Part shown: piece by piece, positions 22,748-35,368 of the stretch
Position numbering within the stretch: the stretch's first letter is position 1
Layout of the letters: every line of letters starts with the position of its first letter
From: Anthoceros angustus
Taxonomy: Eukaryota > Plantae > Anthocerotophyta
Reading direction: 5' to 3'
Length of the DNA stretch: 64,000 nucleotides
NCBI GenBank assembly: GCA_010909165.1
Contig: MU008182.1
Coordinates: forward strand, 954,954-1,018,953
Position numbers and translations under genes: made by a program
Notes under the pieces: model-generated
Databases searched by the model: none
Told to the model about the DNA's origin: nothing
What the model saw: only the letters and a program-made list of their open reading frames with translations

Positions 22748-23661
22748 TGTGCAGTAGCGGGAGCAACAGTAGCGAGAGCTCGCCGAAAGCAGATAACAAG
22801 GGACGCGTCACAGGGAGAAGGCAGCGAGCCGAAGGACTGATGGATGAGAGCTGGCGGAAGAGATGAAAATAATAATAAGCCGGTGTGGCGTCGTCCCACT
22901 TCCCACGTTGCGTGTTTGGATGGTAAACCAGTAACCAAGGACGAGTTACGCAACACGTTACGGACCCGACTCAGGTTGCCTGACCCAGAGTGTTTGGTTG
23001 GCGCTTGCAGGATATTCCACGGCGGGTGGTTGTGTTCAGAGCACCTGGGCGAGTGGCAGTGGCTGGCCCAGCGGCGTAACCCGGCGAAAGCGTCACGGGC
23101 TTCCCGGCAACCGGCAAGTGCGGTCGCCGCGTGGACACGGCTCCCGTGTGTGCCAGGGGAAAGGGTAATCGGGTTAAGGAAAGTACGGTTTGCGGACGGC
23201 GATAAGCGTGTCTGTGTTGCGATGACGCACACATGCATGTACGTGTGTACTGCCGGTATGGATGTGTATGGTGTAGAATCCCCAGGAGCTGGAGCTGGAG
23301 GCGGGGAAGGCCGGGGCCCGAGACACCACACAATCAATCCAGCCTGCCGTCGTTTTCTTGTTGGTGGGCCTGGAGGTTGCAGCCCATCCAATGGCTGTGT
23401 AGGTGCAAAGACAGCCACTAAGACGCACGTCTGCCACCGTGGTGCAAGAGACAACCACGCTGCCCTCTGAACAATCCTCGAAAGATGCCTCTAGATCTTT
23501 GACGACGCGGCAGCGGCAGCGGCATCGGCACCCCCACCGGCGCAGGCACCGGCTATATAGCGCAAGATCTTGAAAACGGTTGTAGCAGTGCTTTCCGGCG
23601 CCTTCTTCCCGCTGGTTGTGTTCCAGTTGCGCTTCTGGTGAGCCTGGTGCTGTGTTTCTCG

Positions 23662-23778
23662 ATGGCGTCCGCAAGCATGTCGCTGGTGATGTTCAATCAC
23701 CCCCACCCGGAGCCGCATCCCAAGCCTCATCCTCACCCGGAGCCTCATCCCCCGCATCATCCCCACCACGGGAAGTGA
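23662..23778 (+). CDS. Small His/Pro-rich peptide 3 (38 aa; below the ORF-track cutoff)
   Basis: Hand translation: MASASMSLVMFNHPHPEPHPKPHPHPEPHPPHHPHHGK*. TATATA at 23554-23559. Shares MAS...V..NHPH with peptide 1. Confidence 0.55.
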   Translation: MASASMSLVMFNHPHPEPHPKPHPHPEPHPPHHPHHGK

Positions 23779-24291
23779 ATGGGGGCGGCTTACGCGCTCC
23801 CCAGCTGACAATGGTGAGGGAGCTTGATCTGTTCTGTTGTTTGTGTTCGTCCGTCATGGTTTTTGTTGTCGGGGATAAGATGTTCCTGACTCCTTGGCAT
23901 TGTCCTGCAGCCCCTGAACAATGGGGAGGGGAGTGAAGAAATGGCGGGGCTGGGCAAGGGGTCCTGCACGCATGTGCACTGCATGCTTGCCGGCTGTCCG
24001 CCATCTATGTAAATTTGCTTAGTTGTACCATGTGTGGATTTCCCACTACTACTCTGAAGTAAAGTTTGTACTTGGTTGACAGACGGTTGTTGGCTGCTAG
24101 TGCGTAGCTTAGGTACACCCAAGGGTAGTGTCTGCCACAATGTGCACTGCCAAGTTTCAACTCCTCTCTCATTTGTGAGCGTTCGAACACTTACTGCACG
24201 TCCGTGCACATGTGTGGAGGTACACGCACTGATTGTTTGCTGACAGTGAAAACAAAATGAGACTGTGTACACGCCCAATCGACAAAAGCTT

Positions 24292-27200
24292 CTACACTGT
24301 CCTCAACTGCAACATCTGTGCCTGCTGCCACAACCGCAATGTCCTCTCCGGCCCCAGCGACCCATGTGACACCTTCTGCAGAAAGCTTACTAACTCCCTC
24401 GATATACAATTGTCGACACCGATGTGATGAACGATGCCATGCCCATCATCTGCACCTTCACTTTCCGCTTCAGCAGAGCAGGTACCTGCTCTCGTCAAAA
24501 CCTTTGCCGGAAGTCCTGCAATGATAGAGTCGTGAGCACTGAATTGTTAGCGAAGCGTGGATACTTAAGTTCGGGGCCAGGCATATTCGCCGCGCATGTT
24601 ACCTGCCAGCCTTGCGACGTTTACGCCATAGCTTCGAGGACAAGCCCCCGCGGCGAGCTTATAGAGGAACGTCACCTCCTCCGGTCCACCGACTTCAGTT
24701 CCAACTTTACAAGCCATATGATACAGGCCAACCTATTTACAGACAGGCGCATGATTGTAATAGAACGAGACAAAGTGGACGACTACAACCTCAAAGTATC
24801 CAACTTACCTTAGGGTCGTTGGCATGGTCGAACGCAAGCCGATGATAATGAGTTGAAAACATGCCTCTGCAACCTGTTCCATGTGCTAGATGTTGCAACA
24901 CTGCGTGCCTGAAAGCGAATCACCAAAGTTACCGGCTGCCAACATCATTTATAATGGGAGAAACCACAAAGCACAAGCACAGTGGCAAGATAAATAACAG
25001 ACCGATAGCCACTTACGCAATAGCTTGACCATCAGCAGTTGAGGTGCCACGACCTACTTCATCCAATGCAACTAAGGAATTCCTTGTTGCACTTTTCTGC
25101 AAAACGAGCAACTATGGCTCAGGCCATGATAAAATTCGTCAGACAGAACTTGGACAGGAGAAAACGAATCGTCACCAGCATAGAGGCTGTCTCCAGTAGC
25201 TCCACAAGAAAAGTGCTTTGCCCAGCCATTATGTTATCGGATGCACCCATGCGGACAAATATTCGGTCTACTGGTGAAAGTTCGAAAGACTTCGCTGGAA
25301 CATCTGCCCCAACCTGCACAGAAAAGTGGAAACGTCAGTAAGACAGGCAAGTTGTAACCTGATAACATAACCGTGATCCAGAACAGGATCGGGATCGCTA
25401 CCTGTGCCATTATAACCGTCAAACAAACTTCTCGGAGAAGAGTTGACTTTCCACCCATGTTAGGCCCGGTGAGAACCATAAACATAGCCTTATCACCCCC
25501 CAGAGCCACGTCATTTGGTACAAATGGTCTACAACCGGTTTTACTAGCTCCCAGAGTAGGATGCCGCAGACCTCGTGCTTTCAATACAGGGGTGACGTTG
25601 CTTGACACAAAAGTTGGCGTACACACAGGTTTTTCCATGTGGTCGCTTGCGACAGAGAGGCTTATTAAAGCATCCAGCTCTGCAAACATTCAGTTGATAC
25701 ACAAATGAGTCAGACGAGATGAGATGCAATGTCTGTCAAAAAGTTAAGAACCTGGCTGTTCCTAGACTTGAAGCTTAACACTAGTCAGCTTCCATGCGTC
25801 ACAAACGGATATACCTGCTACTCCGTGCAGCACAGCGTCCCACTTATCACGAGTCTCAAAGAACTGGCTGACTAGGCTTCCAAGTATTCCACTCATTGCT
25901 ACCTCACGCTCCTCACGTGCAGCAGCAAGCTCAAGTAGCAGCTCCTTGATCCTAGGAGTCCAGTACCGCTGAAACCCCTGATTTTGAATTTTCCATCAAA
26001 ACACATCCAAAGAGGCTCTTAGCAACCCATGCAGACACATATTTGAGATTCCTCACACCACTAGAAGAGTAGCTTTTACCTTTCTGGACGACCTGACCTC
26101 AAATGTTGACGGCACCTTCAAATGTAAATGGGCAGGAATTTCAATTTGGTAGGACTCCTTTCCCACTGTGGTATATGATATCTATTCGAAAGAGAGGCGA
26201 CATTAGCCCATACTCACCACATCACCAACTTTTGAACTTTTTTGACTTGCACCCAGGGCACTGGCTTACCTCAGAGGATGTCCCAAGCTTCTTGCACACG
26301 TCCTTCAGATAATCCTCAAATTCCTTCTCGACATCAGAGATCCTTGAATTAGCTGCATCAAAACCTTCATTTACGCCTTCATTTGGCATGATACGCCCAG
26401 ATTTATCCGCATCATCCCAATCAAACGCTGTCTTGAAATCTGTAATGGTTGATGACATATCCGGAATCCCTCCACCTGCATACCAGTTTACCTATGCTTC
26501 AAGGACAGGATTATGGGAGCAAGAACCTGCACTTCAAGACTATGCAGCATCAGCATTTTACCTGGCACTAGCAGATCTAGAAGTCTTGAGGAAGTCAAAC
26601 TCTGGAGGCAGTTCTGAAAGGATAGTACAGCTTCAATTATTGTCTGGCAGCTACGAAGTGCCTTGGTAAACATTTGCACTTCCCTCTTGGATTTGTCTTC
26701 ATACACAACCACATTTTGAGAGTTCATGCCATAAACAGATCTGCAGATTGCCCAGCTTGCAACTCTGATTAAACTCGCTAGCTAGCTGAAACCCACCAGA
26801 AGACAATACACAGTGGAAGCACCTTTTACCTGGTTCGGTTGATCTGTGCAAGCAATCTCTCCATGTCAGGTAACCCAATCAATGAAGCTCTGAAGTGGGC
26901 AACTCCCTCCGCAGCAGGCCCCTGCAACAGGAGGTTCTTATCAGATAGAGTCCAGACCCCTCAAGTGCTATTCAGCTGCTGGCATGGCCATGTTAAGCAA
27001 GCCTGAGAAGGCCAGCAATACGAGTAGTCATTCCTATTACCTTCAGATCTGAAATGGCCACCTGTCTTTGTTTGATTGAGACAGTGTCCACTAGAGGCCG
27101 AAGCAGCCATTGTCGCAGCAGTCTATGGCCCATGGATGTCACACAGTGGTCCAACTGGGCAAGCAAACTCCTGCCAAAGACGACGCGGTCAGTGACAGAT

Positions 27201-30200
27201 GCCCAGCAGGAAACCGACCAGTGCTGCTCAGGAGAACCGTCTCTCTGCAAATTCATATGGGCACACAACATACCCTGATGTGCCTCTGTCTAAGCTGTTC
27301 TCCAGGATCTCAAGGCTGTCTAGGGCAGCACTATCAAGCGCCATATCAGGTGCCAACATTTCAATGCCCGGGCTTTTACATGCTGAACAGGGAAGGAGAC
27401 TGAACTGTCCAGATGCTAGCAAATACTTGTCTAGCAGGGCCTGCTGCAAATAAAAGCAGCACCCTCCAAAAGCTGATACAGCATCTTCTCCACTTGACCC
27501 AGAAGTTACCAGATGGAGCAGCACATCTGGCAAAGCTTGCAGACTGTCTGTAAAAACATCAATGTCTCCATACTTCCCTTGGAGGTTATCACTAGCTATG
27601 TTAGCTGAACTATAATTTCTTTTCCTAGATTGCCTTAATTCCCAGACGTCTGAATACTTTGAGACCAGATTATGTACACATGTTTTGGCATCCCAGAACT
27701 CTGTGCCAGGCATCAATAGACTTATAAGAGGTTTCCGTGTGTGGTCACGTAGAGCTCTCTCAGTTGCTTCAGAGAGCAATCCATGAGGTTTGACCAGCTC
27801 AACAGGCCTTAGGTCTGCAAGAAGTGATTTCAGCTGTGTCCTTGTCTCATCATCTGCAAACTGTGATCAAACAAAGCATTCGGTGATGAATAGTATGCAC
27901 GGGAACATCACTGAGGGGAAATGATGAGATGAGTCACAATCTTACCTGGCCGAGCAGGAATCGACCGGTTGCAGTGTCCACAGCACAAACTCCAATGTTG
28001 GAATTGTTAAACTCTAAGGAGCTTTCCGTGATACTCAAGAGATAAGATGTCTCTGAAACAGCTGACGATTCTGTCATGGTTCCTTTGGTGATTATGGCAC
28101 ATATTTCTCGTCGAACAACCTACACAATTGGCGCAGTTCCATCAGGTCATCAAGATGTCTGTTTCAGGGACATAGACGCTTACTCGACTGCAGATGAGGA
28201 AACCAAGAAGAAACACACACCAATCTGGGTTATCCCAAGTTATACCTTAGAGTACAGGACAGTTCCAGACCCCAAATTGATACTTAGGGGGTGGAACGAA
28301 AATTCAACCAAGAAGAGGTACAAGTGACATGCTGCATTAGGCCCACATACCTTGTCTTTAGTACCAGTTACCTTCCTACGCTGCTCCAACTGATCGGGTG
28401 TTTCTGTTTGTTCAACAACTACGACACGATAGCCCTGCAATTCATGCCGACAGAGCAATAACGTCAAGCGACACCCAGGGACACTCCATGCAGCAATCAT
28501 TTCAAACCACACCTTTCAAATCATTTCTGCTTGACCAATTGACCCCTTTACTTCACCTGCTTGAATCGCCTACTTTGAATCTTTCTATTGACTCAAATAG
28601 AAAGATTCAAGCAGGCGAAGTAAAGAGGTCAATTGGTCACAAACCACACCTTTTGCGCCAGTTTCGTCACATTCTCCAGGTAATTCCTCTCTGGGAAACC
28701 ACAATGGGGTTGTTCTCCCTGGATGAATCATGTCAGAACACACAGTGAGATCGCCTTTCTGGAGAGAGCTTATTGTCACCAACAATCCTACCAACGCAAG
28801 GAGGACATGTGTGTGCAATAACGATTGGGAAAATGATTGACTGCAGACCTTCATGTATTGTAAATCAAGCTCTTGTGCTCCGATGTGGGCGTCAACCTCA
28901 AACATTTCATAGAACTTTCCCATCTGTGAGAGTTGTTTCACAAAAGTCAAAAGGAAGAAATATTCGCATAACTTCCACACCAGGACTGGAGATTGATGCA
29001 ATGGAATACAGTAGAGTTTGACGAAACACTACATCGCAAGCTGATCATTCCCATGAAGGATACCTTGAATAGAAGCACCTTGTCCATGTGCATACCCTTG
29101 ATCTCCCACCATTGGCGCTGAAAGGCACATGCAGTTTAGCAGCAGGAGCTTCACATACAGAAACGTATGCTGAGCCGTGAAGATTTCAATTTCTACAAAG
29201 CAATCCAGGTTTACCTGACCAGCAGGAAGCCCTTTAAGAAATTGAGGAGGTAGCAGTAGTGTTCCGGGATCATACTCTGGATGACCGGGTTTCCTCCCAG
29301 CGGCATCTCGCCTAGACCTGACATAAGATGGTCACAATCAGGGGGTGTGGTTGCAACAAAATGCTTTCATACACTCCTCAGTGTCTATATCTTACTTCCC
29401 AAGGAACTGAAACTTCTCCACGTCACGGCCAGCAAACCGGTCAGCAATATCACCCTGAAGGCTCACAGAAAGCTCAGCACGAGGAACCCTCTCTGCAACC
29501 AGTCAAATGAGAAACATGAGGTGAAACCGCTCAAAACCACAGAAACTGACTGAGGGACGGAGAACATACCTACTGCTGGACGCAAACACAAGCATACCTG
29601 AACACGAGGGAATAGATTTACGATGACCTTCGCCGCAGCTCGCTGGAGGGGATTCCTGGCAAACGACACAAGATGGAGTTTGAGCATAATGCCAAAGGCC
29701 TACGTGGAGGACATGAGCGTTGCCGGCTACCGCAAACGAAACCTAAAGAAGCGGAACCTTTGGCGCCGGCGGCAATCCTGGCTTCTGCGATGCTGCAACA
29801 ATCTTCCTCCGTTTGGGAGGCATCGTTTCGGCATCCACGCCCTGAATTCCCCTTCTCAGCTGCGGAGCCCCATCACTTGCACTGATACTACTGGCCAGCC
29901 CTTTCCCAAGTGTGGAACAATTAGGGGCAACTTCGCCATCCATCTGGCCCAGGCATGCGGCTGCCCGCAAGGCCGAGACGCGTCTCCCCGTCCTCCGTCC
30001 GGTACAGGTGGCAGCAGGCTGTACATCCCCGAGCGAGACCTTCTCGCCGGGAGCAGCGACAACAGACATTGCCTGTGCATTCTCTCCATTCCCCGAATCC
30101 AACAATGCGACCTTGAACTCTCTGCCGCCTTCAGGCTCGTCCTCCTCTACGCGTGGCCGCCTCGCTGAACCAATCCCCGCTCCCGCAGGCTTGAGCGCAA

Positions 30201-30231
30201 AGAAGGACTGAATGTTCCTCTGCTTTCCCAT
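24292..30231 (-). CDS. MSH6: DNA mismatch repair protein MSH6-like, multi-exon
   Basis: PIP box [43 protein letters not shown] (MSH6-type, not MSH7). [17 protein letters not shown], Walker [29 protein letters not shown] and [14 protein letters not shown]. Confidence 0.93.
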
Positions 30232-31064
30232 TTCCAGGTCTTGATAGGCCCCCGGAATCGGAGAAACAGCAGCAAAGCAAGCCTCGAGCTTGAAGGCTGC
30301 AGAGAATTGTCAAGGAAGCCGTGGCAGAACCCCGTGGATTCCACACATTCTGCTCCTTACACCCATTTCCAGCATTTTCGATAGAACCTCACCACACCTC
30401 ACTGGACTTGACATTGACAGAACATCCCTTCCTCCAAGTACGCAGACACTCGCTTGCACATTTGGTTGCCATCGCATGATTCGCGTACATAGAGCAGAAA
30501 ACAAATCGCTGGCACGCATCCGATGTTCATTCCCGTTTCCCGCCAAAATCTCTATCGGGGTTAGGGCCGTGGGTTATCACGGGCGAACTCAGGTTCCATC
30601 AGCCCGGCCCAGAAGGGCCGACAGGGATTAGCGCCGTTGAGCGTGTGACAGAAAAATGGCTGTCAGTGATACGATCTCGCTGAATGCGGGAAGAAGGAGA
30701 TAGATCGTACACATCTCTCTACACAGTTGCTGAGTTGTCCAATCTGTTGAGTGAATTTCCTACTTGTCGCGCCATCCTCTCTCGAACAGAGCACACTTGC
30801 GAAGAGGGCATTCCAATCGGTTTATTGGCTTTAGGTGGGCTCAATTCAGACGCTCTTGAATATGTCTGTGGGCGGTGGTTGAGTTGGTGGATTGCTCAGT
30901 TTTTCCTCTTGGAGAGTGGACCTGCGCATACTGCATCTGATATTCTAGGGTGGGATTTAGAACTGTGTCTTCTTGTAGGTGACGGATTTGGGTTGTGGGT
31001 TGCCTTGAGGCAAAGGATCCACTCTGAAGATTCAGGTTTGCGGAAGGGAAAATGGGGTCCGATT

Positions 31065-33392
31065 ATGTCAGGGGCTTGGAGCGGCTGGCTAAGATTGGCA
31101 AGCAGCTGCAGCCAGAGGCAGCACCATCTGAGCACGGTGAGGTTGGGGTTGAATGGATATTCCCGCTGTCAAGGTGGCATATATTGAATGGCTGCTGAGT
31201 CTGTGGAGGTGAAGGACATGTGACGGGTGTGTTTCCAGTGTTTGCAGGTTCCGGTTTGCAATTGCACCAAACATTGGGCATCGGCCAGCCTGGCTTGGAT
31301 GTTGCCCTGGCATTCCCACAAGCAACTCCGGCATCCAAGTTTCCTCCTCTTGGTACAGTTTCCTCCTCTTGATGTCCTTCGAATGCTCGAGGGGGACAGC
31401 TTTGGGTGGTCCGTACTCATCACACATCGTCACGGTGCAGCGGCGGACTACTTTGCGTTTGATGACCTCCTGACCCCGGAAGAACAGGATCTAAGGAAAC
31501 GTGTGAGGGCACTGATGGAGAAGGACATAGCCCCAATTGTGGCTGGGGTAAGTGTTGTCACGGATATTAGCAATACTCGCACATCTTGTACCTGTTCCTT
31601 CCTGCTCTTCAACATTTAACTGGAGCTCTTCCCTTGTTAGTATTGGGAACGAGCGGAATTTCCATTCGAGGTCATCCCCAAGCTGGCTACCCTCAAGGTC
31701 GCTGGAGGAACGATTCAGGTGTGTATCAAGCAGGCTTTCCTGGTCGACAAGGTGATGCACATGATAGCATGCACTAAGCAGCACTGTCTCCTGATTCCAC
31801 GCAGGGCTATGGATGTCCAGGCCTGTCGGTGGTAGCAAGTGCCGTTGTCGTAATGGAGACGGCGAGAGTTGATGCCAGCTGCTCCACGTTCCTAATGGTG
31901 CACACATGCTTGGCCATGCTGACAATAGGTATGGCCATCAGAGTCGCCACCGTTTCAAAACCAGTCCTTTGTCTGTCACTGAAGGAAGAAATCTAAGTCC
32001 TCCTCTTTCAGGAATGCTGGGAAGTGAGGAGCAGAAACAAAAGTATCTCCCTACAATGGCACGGTTGGAAGAAATTGGGTGCTGGGTATGACGCTCGTCT
32101 TTCTTGGAGCACAAGTATGCCACCCAACCTTCCTTCCCTGCGCATGTGAAACCCTCGTGTGTTCTCTTGCAGGCTTTGACAGAGCCTGACTACGGGAGTG
32201 ATGCCAGCTCTCTCAGCACTACAGCAACCAAGGTAGACAAAAAACCATGTCACAGCAGTCCCCATGTCCTCACCTTCTCCCCCTTTACCGACTTATATCT
32301 TTGCGCTGCTTCAGGTGGAAGGAGGCTGGATCCTGAATGGGCAGAAGCGGTGGATTGGAAACAGCACCTTTGCCGACGTGTCTGTTGTCTTCGCTCGAAA
32401 CACTGCCACTAACCAGATCAACGGGTGAGTCAACAACCTTGTAGGGACAGTGCACAAGCTTGAGAACGATGTTGTCGCATCCCACTTCCCCGGAAGCACA
32501 AGCACCGATGTCCTCATCATGGCTGGCAGGTTCATTGTGAAGAAGGGAACAGCTGGCTACCGTGCCACCAAGATCGAGAACAAAATAGGACTAAGGATTG
32601 TGCAGAACGGGGACATCTTGCTGAAGGGTGTCTTCGTCCCAGACCAAGACCGCATCCCGGGAATTAACGCATTTCAGGACACCGCCAAGGTCAGTCAGTG
32701 CTCACATCCACATACCATCTCCTTTCGGCCATAACATCTGAAGAGAATCTGATGGGTTTTTGTGCCAGGTCCTTGCAGTGTCACGCATCATGGTGGCCTG
32801 GCAGCCCATTGGAGTGACCGTGGGTGTGTACGACGTATGCCACAGGTACCTGCAGGAGAGGAAACAGTTCGGAGCTCCTCTGGCATCCTTGCAGATAGTC
32901 CAGGAGAAGCTGGTGCGCATGCTGGGCAACATCCAGGCCATGACGCTGGTGGGCTGGCGTCTGTGCAAGATCTACGAGGCTGGGAAGATGACTCCCGGGC
33001 AGGCCAGCCTTGCCAAGGTGGGTAGCTTTGCTGCCTGCAATCCCGTCTGTGTGCTGTTCTCTGTTTGAGCATGCTCTGATGTGAGAATGCCACAGGCCTG
33101 GAACACTCTCCGAGCCAGGGAGACTGTGGCGCTAGGGCGTGAGCTGCTGGGCGGGAATGGAATCCTAGCCGACTTCCATGTTGCCAAGGTAAATGCTTCT
33201 AGAAGCTTCAAGGGTTGGTGGATGCCGCTCCTCATGCCCACGTTATCAGATCGTGACGCTGGGCGCTTGCAGGCGTTTTGTGATCTGGAGCCCATTTACA
33301 CTTACGAAGGCACGTACGAGGTGAACGCGCTGGTGACCGGACGGGAGGTGACCGGCACCGCCAGTTTTAAGCCGCCGACCAAAAGGAGTTAA
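31065..33392 (+). CDS. ACX4: ACX4-like short-chain acyl-CoA oxidase / acyl-CoA dehydrogenase-fold protein, multi-exon (first exon inferred 31065-31173)
   Basis: [89 protein letters not shown] and EPIYTYEGT. Confidence 0.9.
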
Positions 33393-33664
33393 ATTGAACG
33401 AGCGGAATCTGGACTAGGTACACAAAACCACCTAGTTGCTACAATATGGTTACTGCCATCTGTAACAAAAAACAAGTTGGTACTGTTGTTACAATGTAGG
33501 TACAGCCACCAGTTGCATGTGACTTCAAATAAGAGTTTCCGATGGATACAAGATAGAGCGCCTTTCTAGTTAGTACTGGAATACATAATGCCGATTGCAG
33601 TTCATGGTACAGTTTGGCAACAGAGCTTTCAAATAGCCTTCAGACCTTTCAGATGGCATAGCCT

Positions 33665-35368
33665 TCAAGTGGTGGTCCTAACCAGCTTCAACCTCTCTCG
33701 CAAGCTTTGTTTAACTTTTGCAAGCAGGAGGCAAATAATGAAACATACTAAATGGAATAGAGAGAGAGCTAAATACCTGCAGCAGCAGAGCAGACAGCGG
33801 AATGCTTAGCTCAGAAGATACAAGAGCCTGCTAGAGGAAGTTATGGACAAGTATGAACTGCAACAGGCACGTACCAGGCGGGGGCATAGGGTGTTGAGAG
33901 ACTGAGAAATGGATAGGGCCACCTGTAGTCAAGTCGACACCACCCCAATATGAGCATGTGAAGATGGCAGATTGTCGAAGGTGAGCGATAAGTTCCACAG
34001 AAGGAAAAGGGTGGTAAGCTTACCCTGTGGAGGAGCCTGAAAAATGGAGAAACCACTGAAAGGAAATATATGCAACACTCCACATGACCATATATGCTCC
34101 ACGAAACCATGGGAAGCGCTGGACAATGAGGTTGGACTTGATCAGTATCATGTTCTAGGTGCTGTTCAGTGAGGCAAGGTATGTGAATTTCAAGAGATGG
34201 GGCTTAGAGCTACCATGTCGTTAAGGAGGAGTTCAATGACAAAAAACAAGGCATTCACTGCATGCATGTTTATGTCCACCTGCACAACCATTTTCAACAA
34301 GAGATTTGTGAGACATGATCCAAAGTGATGAGAAGGGTTCGGACTGTGATTAGACAACAGCACTTACAAAATCATGCTGAAAATCACGTGGAAGAACGAA
34401 GGGAACCAACAGAAGCCAGTACACGCTGTCAGTTAATAGCACGGCTGGGCCTAGGACCTGCAAACAATGGCGAGAGTCACACATCTGTGTGCATTTACGA
34501 GTTGCAAATGAAAGCATTTCGAGCCTTCCAAAATGTTGAGACCTGGAACAGCACTTGCAAAGCGTAGCTCCAAAATCCTCCGCGGGTTCTGCTACCACCT
34601 TCAGGTAGGCTGTACCAGCGATGAGCTTCCTGGCTTGCATCTCGAAAGCTTGCATTCTCCGCCTCCTTCCCCGGTAAAAGCGAATCGCCCTCTGCTAGGT
34701 TCAACTCCTTGGATTCAGGAGCAATTTCGGTCTCAGGTATCCGTTGCAGAACGTTTGCTGCACTGGTACCCGCTGCCAGCTACCCATGGCATTCCCGAAT
34801 GGCCAAACAGACTCAGAACGCAGTGCTGGTGCAAAAGACTGTTGATGGACTGCTCATCAGCAGAAAGAGACCTACTAACAACCATCATAAAAAAAGTTGA
34901 AGTGGACACACCCCGAAATAAACAGCCAGCAGCGTGAATGTCCATCTGCAAAACAGCCAACAACGAAGAAGTGTCATTCAATGGAGGTCCCAAGGCTCAA
35001 CACACGAAGATCCTCCAAGAAGTGCAGCACATTCCTTACTGTGTGTAGTAATAGTAAGTTAGACTGGGCCCCAAGTGAATCAAATTGTACAGCTGAAAGG
35101 GCACTAAGTAGAGAAACGCGAAAGAACGAAAGGCAAGGAGCCAGCCCGGATGAATCCAACCACCCCCTGCAGTCCACACTTCATCCGAAAACACAATCCC
35201 ATCCGCCGCAATAATAGAGCGAGCTGCTGGCCTCCCACCAGCACGTGCCTTGGCACCTTTGGCACGCCCTTCATACTTGAAGACAACAATGAAGCTAGAC
35301 ACTAAGAAGCCAAGCACAACCAAGAAGCAGGAGAAGACAGGCCATATATCCCACAACGCCGAGGTCAT
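33665..35368 (-). CDS. Multi-pass membrane protein (plant 'rolling stone'/FAR-17a-like family), multi-exon
   Basis: Hydrophobic exons with IHPGWLLAFRSFAF, YYYTQW, HAVNALFF and WPYPFLSLSTPYAPAWY. Confidence 0.75.

Noticed and set aside
22519-23470. 311-aa and 208-aa ORFs in the peptide cluster
   Set aside because: No recognisable domains. They span GC-rich promoter-like sequence, and the short His/Pro frames explain the local pattern better.
24292-30231. MSH7 assignment, suggested by the N-terminal PIP box and missing Tudor domain
   Set aside because: The domain I sequence ([15 protein letters not shown]) and retained clamp region are MSH6-type.
31188-31208. ATG 31188 (MAAESVE) as the ACX4 start
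   Set aside because: It would need a 39-nt intron and gives the wrong phase for the next exon.
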